Source: a virus
Taxonomy: Duplodnaviria > Caudoviricetes
IMG/VR virus record: IMGVR_UViG_3300027159_000011
Location: 1-31,422 of that record
Direction: 5' to 3' (one strand)
DNA length: 31,422 bases
This document shows, piece by piece, positions 9,231 to 17,675 of the stretch. The notes beneath the pieces are model-generated. The model did no database searches. It worked only from the letters and a program-made list of their open reading frames with translations, and had not been told where the DNA came from. Every line of letters starts with the position of its first letter. The stretch's first letter is position 1. Both the position numbers and the translations under genes were made by a program.

Positions 9231-9708
9231 CTTCTTTTACCTTTATCTCTACCGCACCTGCGTCTTCGTCATTTATTGTTACGTTTCGGTAATATACTAT
9301 CACTTCGCCTAATTGGTTAATATACCTTTTTAGTTCTTGTGTGTTGTATGCCATGTGCTTATAATCTTGTACACTCATAGCTACAAATACGATATCACCC
9401 CCATGCTTCTTTTTTATATCATTTATGAATCTATCTAAATATGTATGTCCTTCCGGATATAGATCTTCCTTTCCAAGCTTACAGTCTCTTTTTTTAGTCT
9501 CTGGATTCTTAATACATTCCTCAATGATAACCGCGTCAGAAACAACGTACCATTTAGGATCTTTAAGATTGAGTGGTCTGGGAAGAACTGGTTGTACTAT
9601 ATCTAGTTCAATAGGTTTTGTGATTACTTCTACTTCTCTTGGTCCTAATAACGAGCATGCACTAGTCGTTAAGAGTACTAATCCGAGCACTATCCTCTTC
9701 AATACCAT
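9217..9708 (-). CDS. lipoprotein, o-spanin (Rz1)-like
   Basis: Start MVLKRIVLGLVLLTTSA-C is a signal peptide with lipobox; Pro-rich segment follows; overlaps the upstream TM coiled-coil gene. Confidence 0.7.
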   Translation of the reverse strand: MVLKRIVLGLVLLTTSACSLLGPREVEVITKPIELDIVQPVLPRPLNLKDPKWYVVSDAVIIEECIKNPETKKRDCKLGKEDLYPEGHTYLDRFINDIKKKHGGDIVFVAMSVQDYKHMAYNTQELKRYINQLGEVIVYYRNVTINDEDAGAVEIKVKEDDKD

Positions 9709-10030
9709 TGAATACCTCCTTTGTTGCATTATTAAATCGAATTTGAATTAGGCCTGGTTTTGCACTTGCTAATTTGGCGATATTATGTCGCTCAAATATG
9801 TCAAGATATTCAGCCATTTCTACTTCGTACTGTTGGTTTTTGACCTGGAGACCGGTCAGTGCTTTAGAGGTTTTTTCTAGATTTTGTTTAACTGCTTCGA
9901 TAGCAGCTTTTTGCTCAGCATCTCTTACCTCATATGCTGTATTGAGCCGTTGCAGCTCAATATTCTTATTATAGAGGAAGTATCCTCCTAAACCCATAAT
10001 AACAATCACTCCAATCAATATTTTACTCAT
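9662..10030 (-). CDS. i-spanin (Rz)-like membrane protein
   Basis: Single N-terminal TM helix followed by a long coiled coil; overlaps a lipoprotein gene. Confidence 0.65.
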   Translation of the reverse strand: MSKILIGVIVIMGLGGYFLYNKNIELQRLNTAYEVRDAEQKAAIEAVKQNLEKTSKALTGLQVKNQQYEVEMAEYLDIFERHNIAKLASAKPGLIQIRFNNATKEVFNGIEEDSARISTLND

Positions 10031-10034
10031 AATA

Positions 10035-10232
10035 TTATTTCTCTAGTTTTTTAGATTCTCTCGCTTGTCGTTTAGCTATCATTCTTTCTACGAATTTACG
10101 GCCTTCACGAGTTCTGCCATCGTATAATGATTGTTCTTTCTTTTTCTTCTTTGGAAGAGTCGGTGTTAAATCTACATTCATTGTAGTTGTATCTTCAATG
10201 GCTGCATGCCACATATCTTTAAACGATTTCAT
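10035..10232 (-). CDS. small basic protein with capsid-targeting-like N-terminus
   Basis: MKSFKDMWHAAIE; DGRTREGRKF motif. Confidence 0.7.
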   Translation of the reverse strand: MKSFKDMWHAAIEDTTTMNVDLTPTLPKKKKKEQSLYDGRTREGRKFVERMIAKRQARESKKLEK

Positions 10233-10816
10233 CGTCTGATATCCTCATTTGTTATGTATACATCTAAACCAGTTTTGCTATGGTTTACTTTGTAAATATT
10301 TTGGTTAAATAAACGATCAGTTGGTTCTAAAAATTCATTTACTTTAACTTTATCCTTAGGGAAACCAATAATTTCGCCTGTAACCGGATGAGCAACTTCT
10401 TGTACTAATTGATATTCGCCAGGTTTTAATTTGCTATCTTCTTGGAACCAAGTAGCTTCTTCTAAACTTTCCAATTCTTCAGTATCTAAAAGCTCACTCA
10501 TTACGTTTTTAATTTCTTCTTCACTTAGTTCAGTGTGCTCTTTAATAAGATATAGTGCAGCAGCATAAGAACCTAGTGTAGATTTACCACCAGGAACTTT
10601 GCCGATTAGTCGCTTAACATTAAATACTAGCCGATGAAAAATTGTATAAGCTGATTTTTCTTCTGGCGTCTGTAGATCTTTGCCCTTCTTAAGTACTGTA
10701 CCATCTTTATCAATAATACCAAGCTTAAAGGCTTCCATTTTGTTCCAAGGCTTAGTTAACGTACGCAAAAACTTAAATGCGTATATTACGTCACCTGCTC
10801 TTGAAAGTAAACCCAT
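10229..10816 (-). CDS. conserved T4-like hypothetical protein
   Basis: AFKLGIIDKDG and AYTIFHRLVFNVKRL, recalled from marine T4-like phages. Confidence 0.75.
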   Translation of the reverse strand: MGLLSRAGDVIYAFKFLRTLTKPWNKMEAFKLGIIDKDGTVLKKGKDLQTPEEKSAYTIFHRLVFNVKRLIGKVPGGKSTLGSYAAALYLIKEHTELSEEEIKNVMSELLDTEELESLEEATWFQEDSKLKPGEYQLVQEVAHPVTGEIIGFPKDKVKVNEFLEPTDRLFNQNIYKVNHSKTGLDVYITNEDIRR

Positions 10817-11187
10817 TATATCTTCCTTAGTTTATCTACGATGAATGGATCTAATGGCACATGAACCTTTTCATCTATTGGTAAGTAATTTAGAAATACC
10901 AAAAATGGTTTGATGTAAGTCCAATGTTCTTCTTGTAACTTAAACCAAATCATTCTATTAGCAGCATCAATACCAAACACGTTGTATATTACAATGATAT
11001 GATTGATAATCAATCGCTCTTGTAAATCACTGTCGGCTTCGTATCGACTTAGCAATCTTTTAAGATATCTAAATCTGTTTAAATCTTCTTTAAACTCTTC
11101 GACATCAGTACACTCCGGATTATTGTAGTGCTGCATGGCGAAGAGTTTAAAGTTTCGGTTTGTCAATTCGTCAAATATTTTCATCAT
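10816..11187 (-). CDS. conserved T4-like hypothetical protein
   Basis: FAMQHYNNPxC, EFxEDLxRFxYLKRLL and RLIINH, recalled from marine T4-like phages. Confidence 0.75.
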   Translation of the reverse strand: MMKIFDELTNRNFKLFAMQHYNNPECTDVEEFKEDLNRFRYLKRLLSRYEADSDLQERLIINHIIVIYNVFGIDAANRMIWFKLQEEHWTYIKPFLVFLNYLPIDEKVHVPLDPFIVDKLRKI

Positions 11188-11216
11188 GTATTATATATGA
11201 TACTATAATATTAGGA

Positions 11217-12053
11217 CTAACCCCCAAGCTCGTCGATTCTATCTTCAGCGTTATTGATCAACTCGTTGTAATACTCTTCTGTATCATCAAGCTTATCGTC
11301 TGACATTTTACCTTCTTTATTTTTCTTTTCGGCAGCTTTAATCTTTTCGATGTACCCTTTAATTTTGTCCTTCTCGTTTTTAATCTTTTGCTTAGGGTCA
11401 GCGTTGATTTTTGCACGCCTTGCGCCTGTTCCTTTAAGAGCATCTGTTGCTGCTGATTGCGCATCAGCCGCGGCTTTTTTCTTCTTGTCAGCGCCAGTTA
11501 CTTTATCTTTTACTTTAGCTGCAGCCTTTTTAATTGAACCGATAAGACTTTCATCAACATCTGATTCGTTATCAGCGTTGTAGTTCTTATCTACATAATC
11601 AAAAAATTCTTTTTTCTTATCGCCTTCTAATTCAGCAGGTGATTTAACGCCGAATTTTTTTAGCGCAGCTGTAAAGAAAGCTCGATATTTCTTTTGCTTT
11701 TCAGACTCTTCATCTACTTCTTCTTCTTCTTCGTCTTCCTTAGCTTCTTTAACCACTGAACCATCTTCGTTTTCACCAGATTTTTTAACCTTATGCTTAG
11801 CTTTAAATTCCTTTTCGCCTTTAGCGATAGGTTCTGCAACTTCAGCTACATCTGGTTTTTCGTGAGTATAGCCTTTACCCTCAAGATCTTTATGTTCCGC
11901 TTCGTCCTTAGCTACTTTCTTTTCACCAGTTTCTGGGTGGAACATATCATGTGGATATTTAACTTCTTCTTTTTTCATTTTTTTCTTGCCGTAGCCTTCT
12001 AATACTTCTTGTGCAGCCTTAGCAATGCTTTGTGTTAAATCTTCGTTATACAT
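11217..12053 (-). CDS. Lys/Glu-rich multi-segment protein, probable prohead/internal protein
   Basis: 278 aa highly charged; AGGAG SD; several L/V-x-E sites (VLE, VKE, VDE) separating short modules. Confidence 0.6.
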   Translation of the reverse strand: MYNEDLTQSIAKAAQEVLEGYGKKKMKKEEVKYPHDMFHPETGEKKVAKDEAEHKDLEGKGYTHEKPDVAEVAEPIAKGEKEFKAKHKVKKSGENEDGSVVKEAKEDEEEEEVDEESEKQKKYRAFFTAALKKFGVKSPAELEGDKKKEFFDYVDKNYNADNESDVDESLIGSIKKAAAKVKDKVTGADKKKKAAADAQSAATDALKGTGARRAKINADPKQKIKNEKDKIKGYIEKIKAAEKKNKEGKMSDDKLDDTEEYYNELINNAEDRIDELGG

Positions 12054-12063
12054 TTTCTTTCTC

Positions 12064-12363
12064 CTATTGAATAAAAAGCATTCCTGATATTGCGGCCGCG
12101 GCTGCAGCTGTAATTATCCAGAATAGTTTGTTAATAACTTGTACGGTCTGGGCATTTTGCCTAACCAAATTTTCTAATCTATCAACTCTATTTATAAGAG
12201 TTAATATTTGCTCGCCTTGTTGCTTACCAAAATCTGTTAATGTAATGATCTTTTCTTCGGCGCGCGCTAGGGCAATAATAGCATCAGCCATGTGATCGAT
12301 TTTTTGTTCAATCCTATCAAGACGTTGTGATTGTTCGTCTCTGTGTTCTTTAGCTGTTGTCAT
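12064..12363 (-). CDS. coiled-coil protein with C-terminal TM helix (XhlA/holin-like topology)
   Basis: RLDRIEQKID heptads and terminal LFWIITAAAAAAISGMLFI. Confidence 0.65.
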   Translation of the reverse strand: MTTAKEHRDEQSQRLDRIEQKIDHMADAIIALARAEEKIITLTDFGKQQGEQILTLINRVDRLENLVRQNAQTVQVINKLFWIITAAAAAAISGMLFIQ

Positions 12364-12628
12364 GTTTTATAACCCTACATTTGAGAGGAGTTACTCCTCT
12401 AATTAATCTGTGGTACTCTCCTTCAGGTATATCAAATACCATTCCCTTTTTAAGCAACCATGGTAGACATTTGTCTACTTGAAATTGCCATCCTTCTCCC
12501 TCTAAAACTTCAATCTCTCTATCTTCGGCATCTCTATGCCAAACATATTCTGCGTCGTCTATTTCTGGAAAGAACGTTCTTACGTCAGCGTCTTCCCAAT
12601 AAGGTTTACCAAAAGTAAGATCCACCAC
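12350..12628 (-). CDS. small cupin-fold protein
   Basis: WHRDxEDR..EG and IPxGxYHRL match the two cupin metal-binding motifs. Confidence 0.7.
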   Translation of the reverse strand: MVDLTFGKPYWEDADVRTFFPEIDDAEYVWHRDAEDREIEVLEGEGWQFQVDKCLPWLLKKGMVFDIPEGEYHRLIRGVTPLKCRVIKHDNS

Positions 12629-12995
12629 CTTTAAGCCCCAAGTCCTTTGCGTATTTCGGTAACCGACAAGACCAATAACCCGGCTTCATTTTATCGTTTT
12701 TAGTATCACAGTTGTGACGTGATGCAAAGTTTGCTGCAGCACCTCTATCATTAATTTTAGATGATAGTCCACCTTTCTGATCGCCAAAGGTTATTTTTTT
12801 AACATTTCCTGTTTTTGGGTCTTTAACGTATACCACGTATTTTTTACCATCAGCACTATTGCGTGATGGGCTGCCAAGTTCAACTTCTCGGCCTTTATAT
12901 TCCGCTTCATCAAGCTCAATCATTGGACTTTCCAATGGAACCATTGAACCTTCGTATAACGCAAATCCTTCTAAATGCTCTTTAAATGTTTTCAT
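12606..12995 (-). CDS. putative internal head protein (DUF6321-like domain)
   Basis: MKTFKEHLE N-terminus; KKYVVYVKDP..VKKITFGD..FASRHNC..GYWSC. Confidence 0.7.
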   Translation of the reverse strand: MKTFKEHLEGFALYEGSMVPLESPMIELDEAEYKGREVELGSPSRNSADGKKYVVYVKDPKTGNVKKITFGDQKGGLSSKINDRGAAANFASRHNCDTKNDKMKPGYWSCRLPKYAKDLGLKGGGSYFW

Positions 12996-13225
12996 TATCC
13001 ACCAAACTCGTGGCCTGCAACTCGCTTCATTTGTTTCTTAAACTCTGCGAAATCAGGCTTTGTTTTATACAACTTAATAGATATCTCAGGACGATCTTTA
13101 CCTTTGATTCTCCACTCAAATCCTTTTTCTTTATGTTCAGGCTTGGTCGTCTTTACTACGCGACGTTTAAATCCTGCTTCCCAAGATTCTGATCCTTCTT
13201 CAATATGTTCTTTAAATGTTAACAT
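12995..13225 (-). CDS. putative internal head protein
   Basis: MLTFKEHIEE N-terminus; small and basic. Confidence 0.7.
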   Translation of the reverse strand: MLTFKEHIEEGSESWEAGFKRRVVKTTKPEHKEKGFEWRIKGKDRPEISIKLYKTKPDFAEFKKQMKRVAGHEFGG

Positions 13226-13226
13226 A

Positions 13227-13442
13227 TTACGCTTTCTCTATCATTTTTAGTTGTACAGCTTCCGTTGGCTTAATACCACGACCTTTCCAAACCTTAGGAG
13301 TAATAAGAACCCTTGGGCCTCTTAACTCTTTAACAGTGTAAAGCTCTTTAGCTTCTTGAGGAGAATCAGCATATTGCTTTTTAATGCGTACTGTATCGCC
13401 TTCCTTAACCGCTTCAGTTATGTACTGTGCAAATGGTATCAT
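13227..13442 (-). CDS. putative internal head protein, KOW/SH3-like
   Basis: MIPFAQYITEA N-terminus followed by VKEGDTVRI. Confidence 0.7.
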   Translation of the reverse strand: MIPFAQYITEAVKEGDTVRIKKQYADSPQEAKELYTVKELRGPRVLITPKVWKGRGIKPTEAVQLKMIEKA

Positions 13443-13443
13443 A

Positions 13444-13980
13444 TTACTTATCGTCTATAATAATACCGAATGTATCTCTAATTTCGATTGTAGGGCCAGG
13501 ACCAAATTTAGCGTCGCCACCGAGTAAGCCATCGAGAGTACCAGCTTCTGTGCTCTTATAAGAACCTTTCATAGCTTTAGTCATATTCTTAAGTTCTTTA
13601 GCATCAGTAGGACCTTGGATCATTACTACAAAATCATTGCTTAGAAGGTAATAATCTTGCTTTTCAGTAGAATAGCTTGGTTCTTTTACAAACTTACCAA
13701 ACTTTTTACCTTTCATACCAGCAACAGTAATTGAACCATCTTCGAGTTTAGCTTTCTTTTCTGCCTTAGAGATATAATCGAGAACTAAAGCTGAACCTTT
13801 TTTAGAGCACCAATCGCCCCACATTTTGGTAAGCTTCTTTTCGTCTACCTGAGACATCTTAGCCTTTTCGACATGCTTTTTAAATGCTTGAGCTACCAAG
13901 TTACCTAGCTGAGACAATGAACCAGTCGGTCGGTATGCTTTTTCTTGCAACTCTGCTCTAATTTGTGTAAATTGTTTCAT
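13444..13980 (-). CDS. putative internal head protein
   Basis: MKQFTQIRAELQE N-terminus; AAGGA SD. Confidence 0.7.
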   Translation of the reverse strand: MKQFTQIRAELQEKAYRPTGSLSQLGNLVAQAFKKHVEKAKMSQVDEKKLTKMWGDWCSKKGSALVLDYISKAEKKAKLEDGSITVAGMKGKKFGKFVKEPSYSTEKQDYYLLSNDFVVMIQGPTDAKELKNMTKAMKGSYKSTEAGTLDGLLGGDAKFGPGPTIEIRDTFGIIIDDK

Positions 13981-14013
13981 CGTTTTAAATCCTTTGTTTA
14001 AGTTTTAATTTAT

Positions 14014-14778
14014 TTATTGTTGAAGAAATCCACTCTTACGTATTGGTTTACGTGTTCCACCGCCTAGCATATTTGGATTAGTTGCCAAATGCTTAGGCAG
14101 CTTACCAAGATCTATAAGTTTATGCAATTGGAATTGCAATGTTCTAATATCTACGCCAAATTCTCTTGCTGCTTTAGAGATACCCATAGAACCTTGTTTA
14201 GGGTTTTTCTTTCTCCAATCTAAATAGTATCGTAGAGCTTTTTGGTATACTTTATCCTTAAGGAATGGAATCTTTGTTGCTAGTGAAACGGGGATAGTAA
14301 TTTCACCTAGCTCAATCATTTCTTCAGATGATTCCATTTTGTATAGCTTTTTAAGTCTTGCTACTTCAGCGTTAGCGGCTTTAGATCGTGCTTCTACGTC
14401 GTACCCGTTTTTCTTTAGTCCTTTAATAAGACGTTCACGAGCCGACGGTTTAGGCTTTTTTCTTCTAGCTTCCTCTACTGATTCATTCTTACCGATTAGT
14501 TTCCAACCTTGACGCTTCATCTTATCAGCAGTCTTACCGTCTACAGTACGCTGTTGTTTACCCTTTTTCATAACGTAAATTTCACGTCCTTCGTTAACCA
14601 ATCGTAGAGTATCAGATACAACTTTATCCTTAGATAAGCCACGTTTCATAGCTTCGATCTTCTTAGTAGCACCAGTCATATCGCCTGCCATACTCATAGC
14701 AATCTTAACAGCAGCTGCTACCATATCAGGCGGAAATTTACCTTTATATTTTTCTCTGAGTTCTTTAAATGTCTTCAT
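14014..14778 (-). CDS. putative internal head polyprotein with C-terminal HTH-like segment
   Basis: MKTFKELRE N-terminus; basic modules separated by LVNE, NESVEE and EEMIELGE; ISKAAREFGVDIRTL looks like an HTH. Confidence 0.65.
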   Translation of the reverse strand: MKTFKELREKYKGKFPPDMVAAAVKIAMSMAGDMTGATKKIEAMKRGLSKDKVVSDTLRLVNEGREIYVMKKGKQQRTVDGKTADKMKRQGWKLIGKNESVEEARRKKPKPSARERLIKGLKKNGYDVEARSKAANAEVARLKKLYKMESSEEMIELGEITIPVSLATKIPFLKDKVYQKALRYYLDWRKKNPKQGSMGISKAAREFGVDIRTLQFQLHKLIDLGKLPKHLATNPNMLGGGTRKPIRKSGFLQQ

Positions 14779-16049
14779 TAATCTCCCCTTACTTTTTTAG
14801 CAAGATCTGCGTCAGCCTTGCCCCAGGTTCCTGATGATTTTGTTGCGAATGAATTAACTCGAGCTAATCCCCATTGTGTAGGATTAGTTCCTGGTCTATG
14901 TGAAGAGCTCCAAGCTGCATATCCTCTATCGAATACTTTCTTAAGAATAGCATACGGCATGCCAGACTTATCAGCTTTTTTCTTCAGCGCATCTGTCACA
15001 TCGGCCTTTTCTGTAATATTAAATTCTTCGAAAGTTAGTGTATTTTCACCATACATTTTTTTAAAGTTCTTAGTATGTTTACTCTCTGGTGAGTCTGATC
15101 TTGGCTTATCATGTGCAGCTTTTTGTTTGGCTGTCATTGATTTGTAATTTTTTGATTTAGCTTCGTTTGCTTCGCCTGGAGTAGCCTTTTTATATTTTTT
15201 TAATAGCTCAGGTGTTCCTACACCACAGCTTTTTTCAACTAATTCAACTTGGTCTAGCCAGACTTTCTTTGATTTATTTTCAAACTTAACAGTAAGATAA
15301 TTAGCACCACAGGTAGTAATTTGGCCGATTTCTTTTGTTTCTTTTACTTGTACAGTATCGCCTTCAGTAAATAAATTACCTTCAATATAGTCTTCTCTTC
15401 TATCAGAAACCTTAGGTAATTCTACGTGTTTACGGAATGATTTTGTTTCTTTTAATCCCATTCCTTTACGTACAGCATTAAACAATTCTTTACTATCTTT
15501 GTAAGATGATGGCATTCCCTTGCTAAACAACTCCAAATCGTTATCAGCAGCAGCTACTCTTAACTTAGAGGCTGACATGCCAGAAACATCATCACTATCA
15601 GGATCTCTTTCGCCAGCAGATATTACTTTAATCTTGCTTTCAAATTGGTAGAACCCATGTCGTGCTTCTACTCCGTTGTACTTATTGAGTAGAATTTCAA
15701 ATTCTTTTACTCTATCAGAGCCTGCAACCATAGTCATTTTAGTAAACCCCTGATCGTATAGCTTACGCGCTACGTCAATCACCGTACGCGTATCAGTGTC
15801 TGCCATAATATTTCTGGCATGCTTCGGAAACATCTTACGTAGGAATTTTACTTTATCTCTGAATGGAAGAGGATTCTTCTTAGAGTCTTCGGATTTAGAG
15901 GCATATATTCTATACATGCCACCTTTAGAAACTTTCTTTAATGTTTCAAATAATTTTTCATGCCCAGAAGTCGGTGGATTAAATCTACCAAACACAATGG
16001 TAACATCACCCTTTGCTTCTGTTACAAATTCACTAAACTTTTTAATCAT
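14778..16049 (-). CDS. HxGH-superfamily (cytidylyltransferase-like) nucleotidyltransferase with extra C-terminal domains
   Basis: FGRFNPPTSGH, KNPL, AGSDRV and MSASKLR (KMSKS-equivalent); likely start MIKKFSEFVTEA; C-terminal RGxAAW..HRPG..QWGxARVNSF domain. Confidence 0.85.
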   Translation of the reverse strand: MIKKFSEFVTEAKGDVTIVFGRFNPPTSGHEKLFETLKKVSKGGMYRIYASKSEDSKKNPLPFRDKVKFLRKMFPKHARNIMADTDTRTVIDVARKLYDQGFTKMTMVAGSDRVKEFEILLNKYNGVEARHGFYQFESKIKVISAGERDPDSDDVSGMSASKLRVAAADNDLELFSKGMPSSYKDSKELFNAVRKGMGLKETKSFRKHVELPKVSDRREDYIEGNLFTEGDTVQVKETKEIGQITTCGANYLTVKFENKSKKVWLDQVELVEKSCGVGTPELLKKYKKATPGEANEAKSKNYKSMTAKQKAAHDKPRSDSPESKHTKNFKKMYGENTLTFEEFNITEKADVTDALKKKADKSGMPYAILKKVFDRGYAAWSSSHRPGTNPTQWGLARVNSFATKSSGTWGKADADLAKKVRGD

Positions 16050-16404
16050 TTTTTCCCGCACCGCCCTTTTTCTTAGCTCTATCAGCTGCCTTTACTTTTG
16101 GAAGAAGTTTCTTTGCAATTTTATTTATTGCATTCTTTTTCATGGCTAGCTTCTTTTCGACTTCATGCTTTTGTGCAAAGGATAAGTCGTCTTTAGAGCG
16201 ACCTTTAAGAAGTTTATTAAGTAAAACTTTCCTTGCTTGCATTTGAGCTCGACTTTTAAGCTGATCAGGGGATGCGAGTTTCTTAGCCGCTTTCTTGCGG
16301 CCAAGCATAATTTTGGCTTTATTCTTTTTAAAGTTTACTTTGGCTTTCATACGCTGCACTGGTGTCAATGCTTCCAGCTGAGTATGGTCTTTAAAACTTA
16401 ACAT
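16042..16404 (-). CDS. very basic Lys/Ala-rich putative internal protein
   Basis: MLSFKDHTQLEAL N-terminus; strongly cationic and helical. Confidence 0.72.
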   Translation of the reverse strand: MLSFKDHTQLEALTPVQRMKAKVNFKKNKAKIMLGRKKAAKKLASPDQLKSRAQMQARKVLLNKLLKGRSKDDLSFAQKHEVEKKLAMKKNAINKIAKKLLPKVKAADRAKKKGGAGKND

Positions 16405-16424
16405 GCTTATCCTCGGTATCCCAT

Positions 16425-17666
16425 TTAGTTGGGGTTATCCCAACCTTTTATAATATCTTTGCTAAAGTTGTTAGTAGAAAATTCCATTCTATCAACTAAT
16501 TTAACAGCTCCACCGTCCATTCGATCTATAGCAACAAAACCTTCAGGGTTGGTTACTTTAAATCCGGATTTAGTCTTAACAAACGTCCCAATTTTGTTTA
16601 GTTTGTTTAGTTTATTTATAATGATTAATTTACTATCTACCACTAAATTCTGTAAATCAAAGATTAATTGTAAGTTTTTCAAGTTCTTTTTGTCAAAAAA
16701 CGTTAATATTTCATCTCGTTTAGCAGCTTGTGCGTCCTTACCTTTCTGACTACTCCTTTTGTCAATCTGCTTTTGGTATCTAGCTTGAATAAATTTTATC
16801 ATACCGTCAGCATGAGCTCGAGTATTAGTAATTTTTTGGCCTGCTCTTACCTTAGTGTTATTATAAACATTAATCATAAGATTAAGTTCTTTATTGTCTT
16901 CAATAGTCTTTAAAGTTGACGCTGAAATTTTTCTAAAGAGAGAACCTGCTGCTGACAGCTTAGCGTTTAAAGCTTCGGTTTCATCATCAGTTAAAGTTGC
17001 AGTACCTGATAGATCATCAAGGGTAGCGTCCTGCATCCATACATTAGATGATTGCTTTAACTTACTTGATATGTTACCGCCAAACTCAGCTCTCATAGAT
17101 TCAAACGTTCCACCAGAATAACTAGTATGCCATACGATACCAACCTTAGCTTTAGATATTTGTCTTTCTATGGTTGATCCCTTTGGTACAGCATAAGCAA
17201 TTGTATTAGGGTGAAAAACAACCATTCTCTGGCCGTCGATTGTTTCATTCTTTAGATCAGATGAATCAAACATAAAGTCACCTTGAATGACCCCTTTAAT
17301 TCCTACACCCTTAAGATTATCAAATGCTATTTTTAATTTCTTAGATAGATCGCCAGAAGTATCTGCATCGATATCAGCATGAGACTTATAAATCTTTGGA
17401 TTAGCGTTAAAGATACCCTTCTTTGCTACAAAGAATTGACCATCAGATGGATCTTCACCAGCAAAGATAGCAGGAGCTCCGTCCCACTTAACAGTCACGT
17501 CAACTGAAGAACTAGCACTACCTTTTAGCATATCACGTAAAGAACGTAATGCCATAATAGCTTGCCGTGCGCCAGAAACACCACCATCGATGATTAGATC
17601 TTCAAGGTGAGTCATGTGCGTATTTTTACTAGCTGCTTCCGATAAATAATTCTTTAACGATTTCAT
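16425..17666 (-). CDS. DUF6267-like protein with polynucleotide-ligase-type motifs
   Basis: NTHMTHLED; VKWDG (motif I), IQGDF (III), EGFV (IV), VKLV (V); MKSLKNYLSEA N-terminus. Confidence 0.75.
   Translation of the reverse strand: MKSLKNYLSEAASKNTHMTHLEDLIIDGGVSGARQAIMALRSLRDMLKGSASSSVDVTVKWDGAPAIFAGEDPSDGQFFVAKKGIFNANPKIYKSHADIDADTSGDLSKKLKIAFDNLKGVGIKGVIQGDFMFDSSDLKNETIDGQRMVVFHPNTIAYAVPKGSTIERQISKAKVGIVWHTSYSGGTFESMRAEFGGNISSKLKQSSNVWMQDATLDDLSGTATLTDDETEALNAKLSAAGSLFRKISASTLKTIEDNKELNLMINVYNNTKVRAGQKITNTRAHADGMIKFIQARYQKQIDKRSSQKGKDAQAAKRDEILTFFDKKNLKNLQLIFDLQNLVVDSKLIIINKLNKLNKIGTFVKTKSGFKVTNPEGFVAIDRMDGGAVKLVDRMEFSTNNFSKDIIKGWDNPN
16613..16620 (-). promoter_or_regulatory. T4 late promoter box (internal)
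   Basis: Exact TATAAATA near the 3' end of 16425..17666, upstream of the rest of the internal-protein block. Confidence 0.55.
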
Positions 17667-17675
17667 TAATATTCC

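Noticed and set aside
11188-11216. Promoter upstream of 10816..11187 (TATATAATA)
   Set aside because: Not an exact late box, no matching -35, and TATAAT is too close to the ATG.
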